DNA of 64,000 nucleotides from a virus (taxonomy: Duplodnaviria > Caudoviricetes), in IMG/VR virus record IMGVR_UViG_3300031992_000018, positions 32,001 to 96,000 of that record; one strand, 5' to 3'. The notes beneath the pieces are model-generated. The model searched no databases. It saw nothing but the letters and a program-made list of their open reading frames with translations, and was not told the origin of the DNA. A program made the position numbers and the translations under genes. Position 1 is the stretch's first letter. Every line of letters starts with the position of its first letter. Below are positions 61,613 to 64,000 of this stretch, piece by piece.

Positions 61613-61812
61613 TCCTGGAAAGTTAATAAATTTTTAATTTCTTGCTACTTATTTTTAGCCTGGTCGCGCTAAAATATAAAAAACATATAATATATTAAAG
61701 AACAGTTTATTTTATCCTAAAAACGATTTAAATAAATTGTTCTTTTTTATTGTCTTTTTATATTTTATTTTTCTATATTAAAAATGTATGAAAAATATAT
61801 ATTAATTATAAT

Positions 61813-63057
61813 ATGATATTAAATCAAGGTTTAGCATATACAGATTTGACAATTGTACCAGCTGTTATTAGTGATGTTGATAGTAGAAAAGAATGTAATA
61901 TCTTTTATGAAGATGGAAATCTTCCTATTTTTACATCTCCAATGATGACTGTAGTTAATGAACATAATTATAAAATTTATAAAGATAATAAAATTAATGT
62001 AATTCTTCCAAGAACTATTAAGTATAAAGAAAGAATTGATTTTCTTAATAATGGTGAATGGGTTGCATTTTCTTTAAAAGAATTTAAAAGATTATTCTGT
62101 TATTTACCTGAAGATCCTGTTCAAAATGTCTTTAAACAAGAAAAGGATAAAGAATATAAAGTATTAATTGATATGGCTGATGGTCATATGCATTCTTTAT
62201 ATAAAACAACTTTTGAAGCAAAAAGAATTGCAAAAAATTATGGATATAAACTTACTATAATGGTAGGTAATATAGCTAATCCTATGACATATCGTTGGAT
62301 ATGTGAGAATACTTATGTAGATTATGTTCGTCTTGCTATTGGAAGTGGTGCAAATTGTATTACAGCTTCTAATACTGGTGTTCATTATCCTATTGCCACT
62401 CTTATTGATCAATGTAAGCAGATTAAAGAAGAACTTAAAGGAAATATGGATTATTATGAACCAGGTACAGATTATATAGATGTAAAATGTTTACCATATC
62501 TTGTAGCAGATGGTGGTATCAAGAATTATTGTGATATTAATAAAGCTCTTGCTCTTGGTGCTGATTATGTAATGATTGGTTCTTTATTTGGACAACTTCT
62601 TGAAAGTAGTGCAGATATGATTATTGAGTCAAGAGATAATGCTCAATATCCTGCAATTTATGATAATGAAGTAGGTAAGGTAGTTTATTATACTTCTTAT
62701 GGTTCAAAGAAACTTAATATTTGGAATGGAAATACTGAAGAAGAAAAACGTACATTTATTCGTTCAGTAAAAAGTATTAAGAAGAGACTTATTGGTATGT
62801 CTACTAAGGAAGCTCAGATTGCTATTGCCAGATGTCTTGAAGAACCTCAGGAATTAACTCCAGATATGTTAAAGACAAGTGAAGGTATTACTACATTTGT
62901 TGAATGTAAATATACACTTTCACAGTGGCTTGAGAATATGATGGATTATCTTAAGAGTGGAATGAGTTATTGTAATTGTTTTACTCTTGAAGAATTTAAG
63001 AATAATTGTGATTTAATTATTAATTCACCAGCAGAAATACAAGCAGTAAATAAGTAA
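61813..63057 (+). CDS. GMP reductase / IMP dehydrogenase family
   Basis: SPMMTV, IDMADGH, MVGNIA, IGSGANCIT (catalytic Cys), ADGGI, KALALGADYVMIG. No CBS domains. Confidence 0.9.
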   Translation: MILNQGLAYTDLTIVPAVISDVDSRKECNIFYEDGNLPIFTSPMMTVVNEHNYKIYKDNKINVILPRTIKYKERIDFLNNGEWVAFSLKEFKRLFCYLPEDPVQNVFKQEKDKEYKVLIDMADGHMHSLYKTTFEAKRIAKNYGYKLTIMVGNIANPMTYRWICENTYVDYVRLAIGSGANCITASNTGVHYPIATLIDQCKQIKEELKGNMDYYEPGTDYIDVKCLPYLVADGGIKNYCDINKALALGADYVMIGSLFGQLLESSADMIIESRDNAQYPAIYDNEVGKVVYYTSYGSKKLNIWNGNTEEEKRTFIRSVKSIKKRLIGMSTKEAQIAIARCLEEPQELTPDMLKTSEGITTFVECKYTLSQWLENMMDYLKSGMSYCNCFTLEEFKNNCDLIINSPAEIQAVNK

Positions 63058-63058
63058 T

Positions 63059-63415
63059 ATGATTACAGAAGATTATGTCTCATATGAGATTGCCAAACTC
63101 TTAAAAGATAAGGGATTTGATGAGTCATGTTTAATGTGCTATACTTCAGACAAAAAATTAGGAAATTATGGACATTATAAAAGTTGTAAGAATAGTGATG
63201 TTTTTGCATTAACTGCACCAACTATTCAAAAGGCAATGAAGTGGTTAAGGAAAGTCCATAACATTGATATATCAGTGACTCCTGATAGAAAGAATGGTTA
63301 TTCAGTTTTAATATTTAAGGATAAACGATTACCATTCGATACTCTTGATTCGTATTCTACTTACGAACAAGTCTGTGAAGTTGCTATAAAATATTGTTTA
63401 CAAAATTTAATATGA
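63059..63415 (+). CDS. Hypothetical phage protein
   Basis: EDYVS.E.AKLLK.KGF...APT.Q.AMKWLR motif. Confidence 0.75.
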   Translation: MITEDYVSYEIAKLLKDKGFDESCLMCYTSDKKLGNYGHYKSCKNSDVFALTAPTIQKAMKWLRKVHNIDISVTPDRKNGYSVLIFKDKRLPFDTLDSYSTYEQVCEVAIKYCLQNLI

Positions 63416-63759
63416 TATCAAAAGATTTTAATAAAAAATTCTTATTCAATAGAGATGAAACTGGAAGATTTATTGTAAAGTCTATTAATACTGGTAAATC
63501 TTATTATGTTGAAACTATTGATGATGAAGAAAAAAGTTATTGGGGAGATTATGATCCAGCAAGTAAGAAATTTACTGGTAATTATGGATTTAAATATAAA
63601 GGTAGTATTAAGGAAGAAGAATCATTAATTACAAAAGAAAATGGTTTTGAAAAAATTCATGTTCTTAAACCAGGAGAATCTCCACTTGATTATATAAATA
63701 GAATTGATACTGAATATTATGAAAATACCAGAAGAAACATATCTAAAATGGATGAATGA
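63412..63759 (+). CDS. Hypothetical phage protein
   Basis: WGD.DPA.K...G.YG.KY.G.I...ES.IT.ENGF. Confidence 0.75.
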   Translation: MISKDFNKKFLFNRDETGRFIVKSINTGKSYYVETIDDEEKSYWGDYDPASKKFTGNYGFKYKGSIKEEESLITKENGFEKIHVLKPGESPLDYINRIDTEYYENTRRNISKMDE

Positions 63760-64000
63760 TTATTTTCATTGTGCAGATAAAGAAGTAGAAAATAATTATC
63801 AAATTTGGAAAGATTTTTTAATTGAATCAAAAAATAATGATAAATTATTCAGTGTATGGAATGCAATGATAGAAGGTAGACTTGGTATGCATGTAAGAAA
63901 TTATATGAGAGAAAATCATCCTGAAATTGATTATGATATTCAGAATTATGGATTTTTTGAAGATTATTCTTGGGAATTAATACAAAAACTTGTAGATAAA
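63719..64000 (+). CDS. Hypothetical protein (3'-truncated)
   Basis: Open frame MKIPEETYLKW... to the window end. Confidence 0.6.
   Translation, partial: MKIPEETYLKWMNDYFHCADKEVENNYQIWKDFLIESKNNDKLFSVWNAMIEGRLGMHVRNYMRENHPEIDYDIQNYGFFEDYSWELIQKLVDK

Noticed and set aside
61613-61812. Purine riboswitch controlling the GMP reductase/IMPDH gene
   Set aside because: No purine aptamer consensus, and the gene's putative promoter (61750-61780) lies downstream of the hairpins.
16754-62412. Antisense or alternate-frame ORFs in the track (16754, 30502, 32450, 33313, 33929, 35986, 36558, 39223, 39762, 41131, 41685, 41863, 42142, 42986, 43360, 45829, 45857, 46456, 46687, 46827, 54456, 58707, 59883, 62197)
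   Set aside because: They overlap well-supported genes, mostly use non-ATG starts and have shadow-frame composition.
1-64000. Stop-codon reassignment (TAG to Gln, as in Lak and some crAss-like phages)
   Set aside because: Coding density is already near complete in code 11. Long late genes have no in-frame TAG, and TAG ends ORF 45258-45398 right at a terminator.
1-64000. CRISPR array, tRNA, rRNA, DGR or intron
   Set aside because: No repeat-spacer periodicity, cloverleaf, reverse transcriptase or interrupted conserved gene seen. The repeats found are intragenic protein repeats.

Overview
A very AT-rich (roughly 20-25% GC by eye), gene-dense segment of a large T4-like myovirus, probably a jumbo or megaphage, read in the standard genetic code. 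Several clues point to a Bacteroidota host: no Shine-Dalgarno motifs, A-rich start contexts, VNVPWTD-type fibre repeats and a Bacteroidota-type CCA enzyme. Positions 1-27.6 kb are a virion block containing four paralogous fibre-like proteins, giant N/Y/I-rich proteins, a gp53-like baseplate wedge, a hub candidate and a tube-related protein. Positions 27.6-64 kb interleave + strand host-takeover and metabolic genes with late genes. The first group includes a DEDDh exonuclease, YqeY, a ribosomal-S1-like protein, Nudix, an AEP-like protein, a CCA-adding enzyme, two glycosyltransferases, dUTPase and GMP reductase/IMPDH. The late group includes gp4, gp2, a BspA-LRR module, a spanin-like protein, a tail fibre, the tape measure and a tube-like protein. 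Four observations stand out. (1) Five unrelated proteins share a 10-aa N-terminal leader resembling the T4 capsid-targeting sequence, suggesting a packaged and injected protein cargo set that includes a very acidic DNA-mimic candidate. (2) A structured ~95-nt RNA lies directly behind an AEP-like gene and ahead of a pnuC remnant. (3) Two distinct promoter motifs partition the genes, and they are often fused to terminators. (4) S1, YqeY and CCA form a translation-takeover set. No CRISPR array, tRNA or rRNA was seen. All family calls come from motif recognition by eye, without database searches.
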